Positions 9,790 through 18,842 of a stretch of 64,000 nucleotides of DNA are shown one piece after another; position 1 is the first letter of the stretch; every line of letters starts with the position of its first letter. The stretch comes from a virus: the IMG/VR virus record IMGVR_UViG_3300035670_000105, positions 26,163 through 90,162 of that record, one strand, 5' to 3'. The notes beneath the pieces were generated by a model. The model searched no databases, had not been told where the DNA came from, and was given only the letters and a program-made list of their open reading frames with translations. Position numbers and translations under genes: made by a program.

Positions 9790-10025
9790 AGCAACTCCTC
9801 CTTGAACGGCCCATCGGCCAGGTACACCTGCTCGATCCCGTCCGCGTCAAACCCGTAGCGCACCACCGCGTCAGGGCAGCACACCTCCTCCACTTGGGCC
9901 GTGTACCAGTGATGCAGGCAACGGCCGCAGCGGCGGCGGCGGATGATCACGCCTTCGCGACTGATCCGCCGCTTCAGCACCTTCCCCTTGCCGCCGCACT
10001 TCGGGCAGCTCACTTCTACGTTCAT
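9786..10025 (-). CDS. NrdR-like N-terminal zinc-ribbon protein (no ATP cone)
   Basis: CPKCG...IIRRRRCGRCLHHWYT. Confidence 0.7.
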   Translation of the reverse strand: MNVEVSCPKCGGKGKVLKRRISREGVIIRRRRCGRCLHHWYTAQVEEVCCPDAVVRYGFDADGIEQVYLADGPFKEELL

Positions 10026-10390
10026 GGCGTCAACTTCGGGCTGAATGGACCGACCTTGGAGCGCCACACCGCCACCGGCCGGCGATGGCAGGCGCGGCGA
10101 AAACTGCGGCGGTACATCCCCGTCCACTCGATCAATCCTTCCCGTGCCGCCTGGCGCACAATCGCCCCCATCGCCCGTGGCTCCGGTGTGCTCACGCCGA
10201 TCTCGCCGAGCCGAAACCAGATGTCATCAGTGGAGAACTCACTGCGCTGCAGTGCCAGGGAACGCAGCACGCCAGCAGCGGCGTCCTTCCATTGCGGATC
10301 AGCGCCGCGTTCGGCCGCGTCAATCGCAGACTGGACGGCTTCGTCCATCCCCTGTGTCGCCCGGGACTGGAGACTGATCGACGGTTCCAT
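10022..10390 (-). CDS. Hypothetical phage protein
   Basis: FSTDDIW...EPRAMGAIVRQAAREGLI pattern seen in phage proteins. Confidence 0.65.
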   Translation of the reverse strand: MEPSISLQSRATQGMDEAVQSAIDAAERGADPQWKDAAAGVLRSLALQRSEFSTDDIWFRLGEIGVSTPEPRAMGAIVRQAAREGLIEWTGMYRRSFRRACHRRPVAVWRSKVGPFSPKLTP

Positions 10391-10999
10391 TCAGCCCTCC
10401 AGCTGCCGCACCAGCTGCCGCGCCTGCAAGGCCAGATCGGCGATGCTCCCGCCATTCCAGATGTCGGCATCGAACCGCCACTGCGCCAGGCCGCCTTCAG
10501 AGGCGTGGGCCAGCACCGTGTCATCCGTCACGCCAGTCGGCCGGCGGATCTGCACCATCACCCCACCAGGCAGCGTCTCGATCAGCGCTGCTTCATTGGG
10601 GAAGCGAACGTCATCAGCGACGACGGATGTGCCTTCGCCCAGGAGGCGCTCCACCTGGCCTTGCCAGCAGCGCAGCCACAGCTCGGGATGCACCTGCTGC
10701 CTCCCCCATTCCGTGCCCAATGTCTGCAGCAGATGCCGCGGCGTGACGCCATCGAGCGCATCGAGCGGCACCTCCTTGCGCACGCTCAGCAGCTCATCGA
10801 TCAGCTCATCGGCGTAGCCCACCGCCTGCAGCAGCAGCCGTGCCATGGCCTTCAGGGTGCCGGCGAATGGCACCCGCACAAAGCCGTCCTCCACCAAAGC
10901 CTGGGCGAAGGTGCTCTTGCCGCTGCCGGGCACCGGCGAGTAGAGCCCGAGCACCAGTGGGCGGCTGCGCTCGGGATAGGGCGGGAGGGCCATCACCAT
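10391..10999 (-). CDS. Deoxynucleoside monophosphate kinase
   Basis: GSGKST, FAGTLK, PRHLLQTLGTEWGR, DDVRFPNEA, HASE. Confidence 0.93.
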   Translation of the reverse strand: MVMALPPYPERSRPLVLGLYSPVPGSGKSTFAQALVEDGFVRVPFAGTLKAMARLLLQAVGYADELIDELLSVRKEVPLDALDGVTPRHLLQTLGTEWGRQQVHPELWLRCWQGQVERLLGEGTSVVADDVRFPNEAALIETLPGGVMVQIRRPTGVTDDTVLAHASEGGLAQWRFDADIWNGGSIADLALQARQLVRQLEG

Positions 11000-11283
11000 G
11001 GCTCCCCCGCGCCCGCCAGGGCCTCCTCGATGGTGAGCTGCCGGCGCTGCTGCTGAACGGCCTGCTCCTCCTCCGCCAGTGCCTTGGCCTCTGCCTCAGT
11101 CTGCAGTTGGGTGATGGCCATCCGCTCGGCCGCGGCCACCACATCGCCAAGGAAATGCGGTGCCAATGCCAGCGCTGGACCGCTTCCCATCTCGATTTCC
11201 ATCACCGTGAATGCCGTCGAGTACATCCGCACGATCTCGGTTGCCGCGCTCTGGAACTGGCGCGCAAAAGCGTCATCCGTCAT
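10993..11283 (-). CDS. Hypothetical protein
   Basis: Overlapping start/stop with neighbours. Confidence 0.6.
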   Translation of the reverse strand: MTDDAFARQFQSAATEIVRMYSTAFTVMEIEMGSGPALALAPHFLGDVVAAAERMAITQLQTEAEAKALAEEEQAVQQQRRQLTIEEALAGAGEPW

Positions 11284-11867
11284 TGGCCGCCAGGGGGTTG
11301 CTGGAACGCGCCGGCCATCGCTTGCCGCTGCCGCCGGGCGAACTCCTCCTGGGCGTTGCGCGCTGCGCTGAACAGCTCAGCCGGCGATGCAGATGCCGCC
11401 TGCTGCGGTGTCATCCCGAAAGCAGGTTGGGCAGTGGCCATCACCGGGTAGCCAACTGGCATCACCGGCGGCGTGGCCACCCGCTGCCGCAGCTCATTCA
11501 CCTCAGCCGCAGCGCGGGAGGCGAAGGTTTCCAGCTGCTCCAGCTGAGCCACCATCCTCTTGGCCGCCTCCGCCTGCCGGGCCTGGAGGTGGCCGAACTC
11601 CTTCAGCGCCGCCTCCTGCTCAGTCGATGCGCTGCGCAGCGCGTCGACATCAACGCAGAGTTGATCAAGTCGCCGGTCCTGGCTGTCGACCTGCTGCTTC
11701 AAGGCCGCATGCCCAGCCCCGAAGCGCTCCAGGGAGGCCTGGCCCACCACCGAATCCGTGGCGAGTTGCTGGCGCAGCTCGCTCACATCGCGGCGGCCGA
11801 TCATCACCCCACCACCGAGGGCGCCGCCGCCAAGGACAAGGCCTAATGCAAACGCAAGTGGATCCAC
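11280..11867 (-). CDS. Membrane-anchored coiled-coil protein
   Basis: N-terminal hydrophobic helix followed by a heptad-rich region. Confidence 0.6.
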   Translation of the reverse strand: MDPLAFALGLVLGGGALGGGVMIGRRDVSELRQQLATDSVVGQASLERFGAGHAALKQQVDSQDRRLDQLCVDVDALRSASTEQEAALKEFGHLQARQAEAAKRMVAQLEQLETFASRAAAEVNELRQRVATPPVMPVGYPVMATAQPAFGMTPQQAASASPAELFSAARNAQEEFARRQRQAMAGAFQQPPGGQ

Positions 11868-11920
11868 ACCGTCAGTTGAAGACTGCGTGAACTGTAGTCC
11901 GAACAGGCAAGCCTGCCAGC

Positions 11921-12112
11921 CTACACAGCAACTTCACTGCGAACCTTGGCCGATGGCGGCTGCTTCCAGGCCTCGGTTGACACCAGCCGCCGCAGATCCG
12001 GCCCCTCATCCGGGTTGCCGTCATGGCCGAACGCCTCACCGGCAAAGCGCGGCACATAGCGCCGGCGAGCCCCCCTGTTCGCGGACTGCTGCTGCTTCAT
12101 CACGCGCTCCAA
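11921..12112 (-). CDS. Small hypothetical protein (RFAG motif)
   Basis: Coupled to the upstream gene. Confidence 0.4.
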   Translation of the reverse strand: MERVMKQQQSANRGARRRYVPRFAGEAFGHDGNPDEGPDLRRLVSTEAWKQPPSAKVRSEVAV

Positions 12113-12939
12113 TGACGAACCTGTGCATCACGCACCTGGGGCAAGGACACCCCATAGGCCCTTTGCCAGGACAGTGTTCCCGCCTTCGCCATCTCGGGAT
12201 CCACCTGCGGCAAAGGCCCCACCTGCACGCCACCCAGCGCGCCGCGGCTCACCGGCTTGAACGAGCCATCCGGCAGCGATGCAGCCGGTGGCGTCGGCGG
12301 CGGCAGGCTCGCCAGCGGTGCATTCACCCCCGCCGCCGCCAGCATCGGCGCCGCCAGCTTCGGGTTGGCCGCGGCCCATTGCTTCATGTCCTCCCGCTCC
12401 CAGTACGCCGCACTCATCGGATCCCGGCTCCGCCCCGGATCCCCCGCAGCCGCCCTCCAGTCCGCCGCCGCCGCCGCCAGGGGCGGACTCGATTCCTGGG
12501 TGGCTGTGGTGGGGGCAGCTCCCGGGGCGGGGGTGGCATTGCCCGGGTTGGGCAGTGCCATCGCGTAGCTGCCATCCGGCTGCTTCCACCGGCCCGTTCC
12601 CAGGTACTCCAGCTGCTGCGCGTTCAGGCCTGGGCGGTCCTTGCGTTTGGCCAGGTGCACATGCGTGCCATGGCCCGCATCGCCAGGACCAAGCACCTCA
12701 TCGAACGTGCCCAGCTCACGCGCCCTCTGCATCAGGCGCTTCGTGCGCTCCTGCCAATGCAGCGATGGCCCGCCTTCGTACTCGGGCCCTTCATCGGCGC
12801 GGTGATCGGTGACATCGATCGCCTCGTCGTGGTAGTGGTACGAGTTCTCGGCATGCTTGCCGACAGGGCCAAACGCCTTGTGCTGCCCGACGCGCAGGCC
12901 GTAACCCTGCAGCGCCTTCCCGATGTCAACGATCGGCAT
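12100..12939 (-). CDS. Peptidase M15-like (LAS family) peptidoglycan hydrolase domain plus low-complexity tail
   Basis: HAENSYHY...AIDV...GHGTHVH zinc-ligand pattern. Confidence 0.65.
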   Translation of the reverse strand: MPIVDIGKALQGYGLRVGQHKAFGPVGKHAENSYHYHDEAIDVTDHRADEGPEYEGGPSLHWQERTKRLMQRARELGTFDEVLGPGDAGHGTHVHLAKRKDRPGLNAQQLEYLGTGRWKQPDGSYAMALPNPGNATPAPGAAPTTATQESSPPLAAAAADWRAAAGDPGRSRDPMSAAYWEREDMKQWAAANPKLAAPMLAAAGVNAPLASLPPPTPPAASLPDGSFKPVSRGALGGVQVGPLPQVDPEMAKAGTLSWQRAYGVSLPQVRDAQVRHWSA

Positions 12940-13255
12940 CGCTCTCCTCCTCTTCGCACTCGGCTGTGTCGATCAAGCCGTCGTTGAGGAGCACATCGAA
13001 GGGCAGAAACCCTTCTGGGTACGCCACTTCCAGCTGGATGTCCATCGCCTGCAGGTGCTGGCGCACCACCTCCCTCTCCACCAGCCAGCCCCGCCATGTC
13101 GCCACCAGCACATGGCGCAGCTCCTCCTCATCCAACTCGTCGATCTGCAGTTCGACGCTGCGCAGCAACAGCTGGGCTGTTGGTGGCAGCAGTTCATCCA
13201 ACCAGGGACCGACACCCGTGGCGTCATCACCAAAGGGAACCGATTGCAGCTCCAT
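12926..13255 (-). CDS. Hypothetical acidic protein
   Basis: ATG 13255 lies 20 nt after the CCTACCCTC motif. Confidence 0.6.
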   Translation of the reverse strand: MELQSVPFGDDATGVGPWLDELLPPTAQLLLRSVELQIDELDEEELRHVLVATWRGWLVEREVVRQHLQAMDIQLEVAYPEGFLPFDVLLNDGLIDTAECEEEESDADR

Positions 13256-13362
13256 GGACAGTGCGCTGTTGGCCTGAGGGTAGGGAAGGTGGCAACTGAA
13301 GTTGTTGCTTTTCACGCCTGTTCCATTCACCCTGTCGACTACAACGCCTTTGACACACACCG

Positions 13363-14253
13363 GTGTCCACCGACTTTCTCAGTCGCACCGCCGCCCGCTA
13401 CCCCCTGCTGCGCCCCGACGAGGAAATCGAGCTGGGGCGCCAGATTCGCGCCTGGCAGGATCATCCTGACGGCCCGGACCAAGCCCCTGCTGCAGTGCAA
13501 CGACGGGGCAGGCGAGCGCAGGATCGCTTCCTCCTCTGCAACCTTCGCCTCGCGCACTACATCGCCCGCCGCTTCAACAATCGCGGTGTGCCGATGGAGG
13601 ATCTCGTCCAGTCCGCCACCGAAGGGCTGCTGCAGGCCGTACGCCGCTTTGAGCCGGCCAATGGCTTTCGCTTCTCCAGCTATGCGGTGTGGTGGGCGCA
13701 GCAGAGCTGCCAGATCGCCGTCGCCACGCAGGGCGGCGCCCTCAGGCTTCCCACCACCGTCAGCGAGGGATTGCGGCGTGTCGCCCGCGCTGGCGCTCGC
13801 CTGCGCGCTGAACTGAACCGCCCACCAACCGACGCCGAGATTGAAGAAGCGGCCAACCTCAAGCCCGGCCAGCTGCGCAATCTCCGCGCTGCCGCCAGGG
13901 CGGCGGACACCCGCTCCCTGCATGACCACGCCAGGCAGGGGGGCGGCTCCGATCCCAGCAGTGGAGACGCCACCTGGCTCGATCTCCTCGCTGACGACGA
14001 CCAGCACGCCAAGGAGCTGGAGCAGCGCGATCTCAACCGCAGCCTGCGTCAGCTGATTGAAACCACGCCCACTCTCACTCCCCAGCAGCGGGAGGTGCTG
14101 CGATGCCGTTACCTGACCCCCACGCCACTGACCCATGTGCAGATCGCCTCGCGGCTGAACATCAACCGGGACACCTGCCGCAGGCTGGAGCGCAGCGCCC
14201 TGACCGTGCTCAAGGCGCGGGGGGTGCGGATCCGGGTCTTCCTGCCGAGCTGA
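13363..14253 (+). CDS. Phage-encoded RNA polymerase sigma70 factor (RpoD/SigA-like, lacking region 1.1)
   Basis: RYPLLRPDEEIELGR (1.2), NLRLA, DLVQ...GLLQAVRRFEP..GFRFSSYAVWW (region 2), region 4 HTH. Confidence 0.93.
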   Translation: MSTDFLSRTAARYPLLRPDEEIELGRQIRAWQDHPDGPDQAPAAVQRRGRRAQDRFLLCNLRLAHYIARRFNNRGVPMEDLVQSATEGLLQAVRRFEPANGFRFSSYAVWWAQQSCQIAVATQGGALRLPTTVSEGLRRVARAGARLRAELNRPPTDAEIEEAANLKPGQLRNLRAAARAADTRSLHDHARQGGGSDPSSGDATWLDLLADDDQHAKELEQRDLNRSLRQLIETTPTLTPQQREVLRCRYLTPTPLTHVQIASRLNINRDTCRRLERSALTVLKARGVRIRVFLPS

Positions 14254-14613
14254 TTCAACCCCTGGAACTGCTGTTGCTGGCTGCCCCGCATGGGCAATGG
14301 CAAGGCGCTGCGTGCAGCTACGGCCTGGTACTGGAAGTGCTCAGCCTCAGTGAGCGGGCCCTGCGTCAGAGCGGGCTGCACACCAGTGCCGGCCAGCTGG
14401 AGGCCCTGGCGCGGGAGTTTCGCCGCCAGCGGCGCAGCCCACTGCTGATGGGCGATCTACCGCCACAGCGGCAACGGCAGATCGATGCGCTTCCCGTCCG
14501 CGAGCCACGCCAGCGGCGGCGGCGGCTGCCGCGCATCAAACCGCAGTAGCGCACGGGCGGTTGTGCCAATGACCGCTCCGCCTGTTAGCTTTGCGTGCAG
14601 TTGCCCTCCTGCC

Positions 14614-14835
14614 GTGCCCGCCCGCCGCGCCACCCGCAGCGCCACCTGGGCCACCACATCCCAGTTGGCGGAAGAGATCGGCGTCTCCACTCGCACCATC
14701 CAACGGCTGCTCAGCCGCGGCCTCTTTCAACCCCAGGTGCACTGGCGGCCCATCAATCCCCTGATGGAGCACAGCCCCCGGCTGTGGCATCGGCAGCGTG
14801 TGGCCCAACTGCTCTGGAGCACTCATGAATCCTGA
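14614..14835 (+). CDS. HTH DNA-binding protein, candidate excisionase
   Basis: WATTSQLAEEIGVSTRTIQRL; start uncertain. Confidence 0.55.
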   Translation: MPARRATRSATWATTSQLAEEIGVSTRTIQRLLSRGLFQPQVHWRPINPLMEHSPRLWHRQRVAQLLWSTHES

Positions 14836-15130
14836 TCCGGCGCTGCTCGCCGACGACCGGTCCCGCGTCCTGCAGCTCGCTGCGCTACCTGCGCCGGACG
14901 AGCTGGCCTTGATTGACGCAGCGCGGCTGCTGATGCGCTACAGCCTGGAGGGATTCGGCAGTGATCTCCACCATCAACTGCAGGCGGTGATCGAGCACTG
15001 GGGGCTGACACGCCTGCAACTGCACGAGCGCACCCGGGCGCTCTGGGCCTCTGGTTGGCGACCCCGTCAGGATCCCGCCCAGCAGCTGGATGGCGTCAGC
15101 ATCGGCTCTGGCGCTGATGTCGGAGGTTGA
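14825..15130 (+). CDS. DUF3288-like cyanobacterial protein
   Basis: LIDAARLLMRY...WGLTRLQLHERTRALWASGWRP...GSGAD. Confidence 0.75.
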   Translation: MNPDPALLADDRSRVLQLAALPAPDELALIDAARLLMRYSLEGFGSDLHHQLQAVIEHWGLTRLQLHERTRALWASGWRPRQDPAQQLDGVSIGSGADVGG

Positions 15131-15132
15131 CG

Positions 15133-15552
15133 ATGACTGAACCGAACCTCCGTGCGCTGTGCGCTGAGCTGTTGAGCGCTATGGATAAGCTTTATAGGCA
15201 GTCCGTGACAACTCCGTATTCTCAGACGATTGAAATTGACGGCATTCGACACGCAATCCCTATCGGGAAAGATATTCTTGCTCAGGATGCTGTTTATGCG
15301 GACTTGATGGACCGCGCCCGCGCCATACTGGCCCAGCCCGAGCTGCAGGGGCCAAGTGATGAAGCAATCATGCGACTTGCATGTATTTCGCTTGGCTATG
15401 AGTACACTCCATCTCTGCTCTCCAGTCCAGAAAACGACATTGGAGCACTGGACGCATTGCCCTCGGAGTTGCTGGCCTTCGCCCGCGCCGTCCTGCAACG
15501 CTTTGGCCGCCCCGACATTGAGCCGGTGGCGCAGCAGCAGGAGGTGGAGTGA
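15133..15552 (+). CDS. Modular array protein, type A
   Basis: LRALCAEL...RARAILAQPELQG...FGRPDIEPV. Confidence 0.75.
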   Translation: MTEPNLRALCAELLSAMDKLYRQSVTTPYSQTIEIDGIRHAIPIGKDILAQDAVYADLMDRARAILAQPELQGPSDEAIMRLACISLGYEYTPSLLSSPENDIGALDALPSELLAFARAVLQRFGRPDIEPVAQQQEVE

Positions 15553-16304
15553 TGAGCACTGACTGGAAGGCGCTTTGCGCTGAGCTGGTACTACAGATGG
15601 ATGCGATGGATGACTCTCGCCATTGGGACGACTCTCTTTATGAACGCGCCTGCGCCGCCCTGGCCCAGCCCGAGCCGCAGGGGGCGACGGATGAGGAGTT
15701 GGATACCTTTTTTCAGCAATGGAGAGATGTCAATACAGATGCTGAAAGCTGGTTGACTGATGAACAAGAGCGTCGCCTTGCCCGCGACCTGTTCGCCCGC
15801 TACGGACTGGCCCAGTCCGAGCCGCAGGGAGTGAGGCAAGAAGCAGTCCTGGACTGGCTGCGTAACGACGAAGCCTGGGGAACGATTGTCGCGCCGAAAA
15901 GCTGGCGAGCCCAAGATGACAAACTTTTGAACCTTCTACTACGAGCCATCGCTCATTTTGGCCGCGCCGCCATCAAGCCGGTGCCTGTCGCTGAGCGGTT
16001 GCCAGAACCCCACACGAAAGTCATCGCCCACTATCTGAACGATCTCGGAAATTCTCGGACCATTCTTGCTGAGTGGGTGCCAGCAAAGTCACGGACCGAT
16101 GACTGCTTAGTGGATGACGACTTTGCCGAATACGACGAAGAAGCCGATGAATACTATTGGCCGGAAGGCTGGTATGAAAGCATTGAGAACTGGGATGATT
16201 ACGGGGCTGTGTTTGTTCACGAAGGCATGATTACGCACTGGCAGCCGCTTCCGCGTGGGCCCCACTACGCCCTGCCGGTGTCGCAGCAGCAGGAGGTGAA
16301 GTAA
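15552..16304 (+). CDS. Modular array protein, type A with DUF551-like C-terminus
   Basis: WKALCAEL, AQPEPQG, PVAERLP...ITHWQPLP. Confidence 0.75.
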   Translation: MSTDWKALCAELVLQMDAMDDSRHWDDSLYERACAALAQPEPQGATDEELDTFFQQWRDVNTDAESWLTDEQERRLARDLFARYGLAQSEPQGVRQEAVLDWLRNDEAWGTIVAPKSWRAQDDKLLNLLLRAIAHFGRAAIKPVPVAERLPEPHTKVIAHYLNDLGNSRTILAEWVPAKSRTDDCLVDDDFAEYDEEADEYYWPEGWYESIENWDDYGAVFVHEGMITHWQPLPRGPHYALPVSQQQEVK

Positions 16305-16822
16305 TGAGCACTGACTGGAAGACGTCTTGCCGCCCTGAGTGCTTCGATTTTGCCCTAGATGTTGTTGGCGATCCTGAGGCAACAGAGTTGCGGCTCTACG
16401 TTGAAGCGCTAGAGGCCCGTTGCACCGCCGTAGCCCAGCCTAAGCCGCAGGGGGCGACGCTTGATGACATTGTGGAGCTGTGCGCCGAACACGAATTCAT
16501 GCTTGGCGTTGACGGTGCCAATGAGGACGAGAGTGCCGAAGGGCTTTTGGAAATCGCCTGCGCCGTCCTCGCCCGCTGGGGGCGCCCCGTCATTGAGCCG
16601 GTGCCTGTCACTGAGCGGTTGCCGGGAGAGGGAGATAAAAACGAGGAGGGTGAAGTATGGGTTGAAGAACCGGGCTATTCGCATTCGCTTGCGGACACAG
16701 GTGACTACGACTGGGAGCCACACCGCTATGTCCTACGTGATATTCAAGACCGAGACCATCGCCGTAACCATCGCTGGGTTCCCCACTGGGCCCTGCCGGT
16801 GCCGCAGCAGGAGGTGGAGTGA
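16304..16822 (+). CDS. Modular array protein, type A
   Basis: MSTDWK, AQPKPQG, GRPVIEPVPVTERLP, PHWALPVPQQEVE. Confidence 0.75.
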   Translation: MSTDWKTSCRPECFDFALDVVGDPEATELRLYVEALEARCTAVAQPKPQGATLDDIVELCAEHEFMLGVDGANEDESAEGLLEIACAVLARWGRPVIEPVPVTERLPGEGDKNEEGEVWVEEPGYSHSLADTGDYDWEPHRYVLRDIQDRDHRRNHRWVPHWALPVPQQEVE

Positions 16823-16866
16823 TGACTGACACTTTCCGTGCGCTATGCGATGAGGAGGAGAACTAA
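16822..16866 (+). pseudogene. Truncated type-A module remnant (MTDTFRALCDEEEN*)
   Basis: Follows the junction repeat and SD; matches the RALC N-terminal module but stops after 14 codons. Confidence 0.6.
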
Positions 16867-17405
16867 TGGCTGAGGACATTGACCTGGTCCGCACGATGGA
16901 CTCACGGACGTGGGCCGCTGAGTTCATGCGAATTACGGGCGGCGCGATTGACGAGCAGACCATGATCTCTTGGTTTGCCAACGCAATCATGTGCGGCTGG
17001 GATCATCACTACTGGCAGTCCGACGAGTACAAGCAAGCGGTGGCGAGTGCGCTGCAGCCGGAGCTGGTGCAGGAGTGGCGAGCAGCAGTAGGAGGTGGAG
17101 TGATGACACCTCTCTCACCAGAAGCTCAGGCTGTGCTGGATGCGCTCACGCAAAAAGAATACGGCCTAGATCCTGCGGACATTCCAAATGAAGCTCGGCG
17201 CCTGGCCTGTATAGCCGCCGCCGTATTGCGTGAGGCTGCGGATCAGGTGGTGCCAGAGCTTGGCAGGCCCCGCACGGCAGACGAGCGCACTTTGTACCAC
17301 GAAGGACGGCTTGATGCGGTCATTCGACACAGGCAGCATCTCCTCACCATCGCCGCCGAGCTGGAGCAGGTGGCAAATATCAACACTACGGAGGCAGCAT
17401 CATGA
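16866..17405 (+). CDS. Chimeric array protein (unique N-terminus fused in frame to a type-B gene starting at ATG 17103)
   Basis: Internal junction repeat with SD and ATG at 17082-17106. Confidence 0.7.
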   Translation: MAEDIDLVRTMDSRTWAAEFMRITGGAIDEQTMISWFANAIMCGWDHHYWQSDEYKQAVASALQPELVQEWRAAVGGGVMTPLSPEAQAVLDALTQKEYGLDPADIPNEARRLACIAAAVLREAADQVVPELGRPRTADERTLYHEGRLDAVIRHRQHLLTIAAELEQVANINTTEAAS

Positions 17406-17740
17406 GCAACGAACACCTGATCACCCCGCCGCCAGAACTGAGGCGGGAATGGCGCGAAAAGGCCACTGAAGCCGGGCTCGTTGACGAGGAAATCTTCGCC
17501 GCTTTCTCTATCCAATGGGGAGCCGACCAGGAACTGAAGGCGTGCTGTGAGTGGCTCATCGCTTGGGACACCTGCGAAGGTGAGAAACTTGCTTCTCTTT
17601 TGCGCGAAGGACGCCGCCCGCAGCCGCCGAGTTTGAAGGAGCAGGCACTGGAAGCTCAGCAACGCATGGGGGACGGAGGTTGCACACATGAGGACTGGCA
17701 GCTTGTCCGCCGCGCACTGGAGGCTCTGCCCAATGACTGA
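17402..17740 (+). CDS. Modular array protein, type C
   Basis: EHLITPPPEL...QWGADQELKAC...PPSLKEQAL...ALEALPND. Confidence 0.75.
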   Translation: MSNEHLITPPPELRREWREKATEAGLVDEEIFAAFSIQWGADQELKACCEWLIAWDTCEGEKLASLLREGRRPQPPSLKEQALEAQQRMGDGGCTHEDWQLVRRALEALPND

Positions 17741-18020
17741 CCTATCACCCGCTGCCCAGGCGATAAAGGATGCCGTGCTTGCGCTCTATGCCGATGAAAT
17801 GGTTCACAAGTTCGGATGGCAGCTTGACGCGCCCACTGTTGCTGCCGCCCTGCGAGCTGCTGCAGATCAGGTGGTGCCGGAGCAGGCGCTTGAAGACGTG
17901 CCTGGTCGCTTTGTCAAGGGCTGCTGCCACGCCCGACTGCAGGACACACGCGCCGAACTTCTCGCCATCGCCGCCGAGCTGGAGCAGGCGGCTTCCAACA
18001 ACATTACGGAGAAACCATGA
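17733..18020 (+). CDS. Modular array protein, type B
   Basis: LSPAAQA...AAALRAAADQVVPE...LLAIAAELEQ. Confidence 0.75.
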   Translation: MTDLSPAAQAIKDAVLALYADEMVHKFGWQLDAPTVAAALRAAADQVVPEQALEDVPGRFVKGCCHARLQDTRAELLAIAAELEQAASNNITEKP

Positions 18021-18415
18021 ACACTGAACACCCGATCACCCCGCCGCCGGAGCTGGTGCAGCAGTGGCGAGCAGCAGCCAGCAACGTGCCAGCAACGTAC
18101 TTCTGTGAGGGAGTTCGCTTTGACTACATCGACTACATCGCCACCCGCGCCGCCCAATGGGGTGCCGACCAAGAGCTGGAGGCGTGCCGCATGGAGATCA
18201 TAGATGGAGCAGGACGTGCCTACATCAATGAAACTTGCAATCGCGTTTGCTTGGCCGATGACATTTGGTCCGCCCGACGCCCCAAGCCGCCGAGCTTGAA
18301 GGAGCAGGCACTAGCCGTGCTACCAGAAAGGCTTGGTAGTGGATTCATGGCAACAATCAACGACAAGGAACTTGACATCCTCCGCCGTGCTATCGAGGCC
18401 CTGCCCAATGACTGA
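18017..18415 (+). CDS. Modular array protein, type C
   Basis: EHPITPPPELVQQWR...QWGADQELEAC...PPSLKEQAL...AIEALPND. Confidence 0.75.
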   Translation: MNTEHPITPPPELVQQWRAAASNVPATYFCEGVRFDYIDYIATRAAQWGADQELEACRMEIIDGAGRAYINETCNRVCLADDIWSARRPKPPSLKEQALAVLPERLGSGFMATINDKELDILRRAIEALPND

Positions 18416-18842
18416 CTCAAAGCAACAACACCGCGCCACGCCTGAGCAGTGGGCGAGTATTGACGACCCAGAGAATCCATTTGCCTACGAGGTTTGCATC
18501 CTCGAATTGCGCGACCGCATCGCAGCGCTGGAAGCAGGGCAAACCTGCCCGCACATCGTCACCAGCGACGAAGGGACCAGCTACTGCGCGTTGGCCGAGC
18601 AGACGCATTCCAAGCCAACTCCTAATGATCGCCAAATTAGGAGTTCGCCTGACCATTTTGAGCAGGTCAACAAAATGGTCACCAGCTCGCTGGTGGAGCG
18701 GGTTCAGAGTGCGATAAGTGATGTGGAGTTTCCGCATGGCACCGACGAAGCCCGCGCCGCGATTCGTGAGGTGGCGGCTTGGATACGGGAGCGCGGTTGG
18801 GACTTGGGAGCCCGAGCGCTGGAGCGGGAGGCCGAGGGATGA
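18408..18842 (+). CDS. Hypothetical array-associated protein
   Basis: Starts in the shared CCCAATGACTGAC junction. Confidence 0.7.
   Translation: MTDSKQQHRATPEQWASIDDPENPFAYEVCILELRDRIAALEAGQTCPHIVTSDEGTSYCALAEQTHSKPTPNDRQIRSSPDHFEQVNKMVTSSLVERVQSAISDVEFPHGTDEARAAIREVAAWIRERGWDLGARALEREAEG

Larger units (their letters stand above)
15133..18842 (+). repeat. Array of modular paralogous genes built from shared DNA repeat blocks
   Basis: Junction repeat GCAG(C/T)AGGAGGTG(G/A)AGT(G/A)ATGA x4 (within 15531-15555, 16283-16307, 16804-16825, 17082-17106); AQPEPQG-type x4; GRPxIEPV-type x3; ADQVVPE and IAAELEQ x2; ITPPPEL, QWGADQEL, PPSLKEQAL, EALPND x2. Confidence 0.9.

Noticed and set aside
9744-12987. 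Long + strand ORFs (9744-10817, 10085-11056, 11758-12987) and similar ones opposite structural genes
   Set aside because: Antisense shadow ORFs typical of high-GC DNA; the minus-strand genes carry the recognisable motifs and coupled start/stop codons
15133-18842. CRISPR array, DGR or invertase shufflon
   Set aside because: The repeats are coding, direct, degenerate and irregularly spaced; there is no RT, no adenine-specific TR/VR pair and no inverted sites
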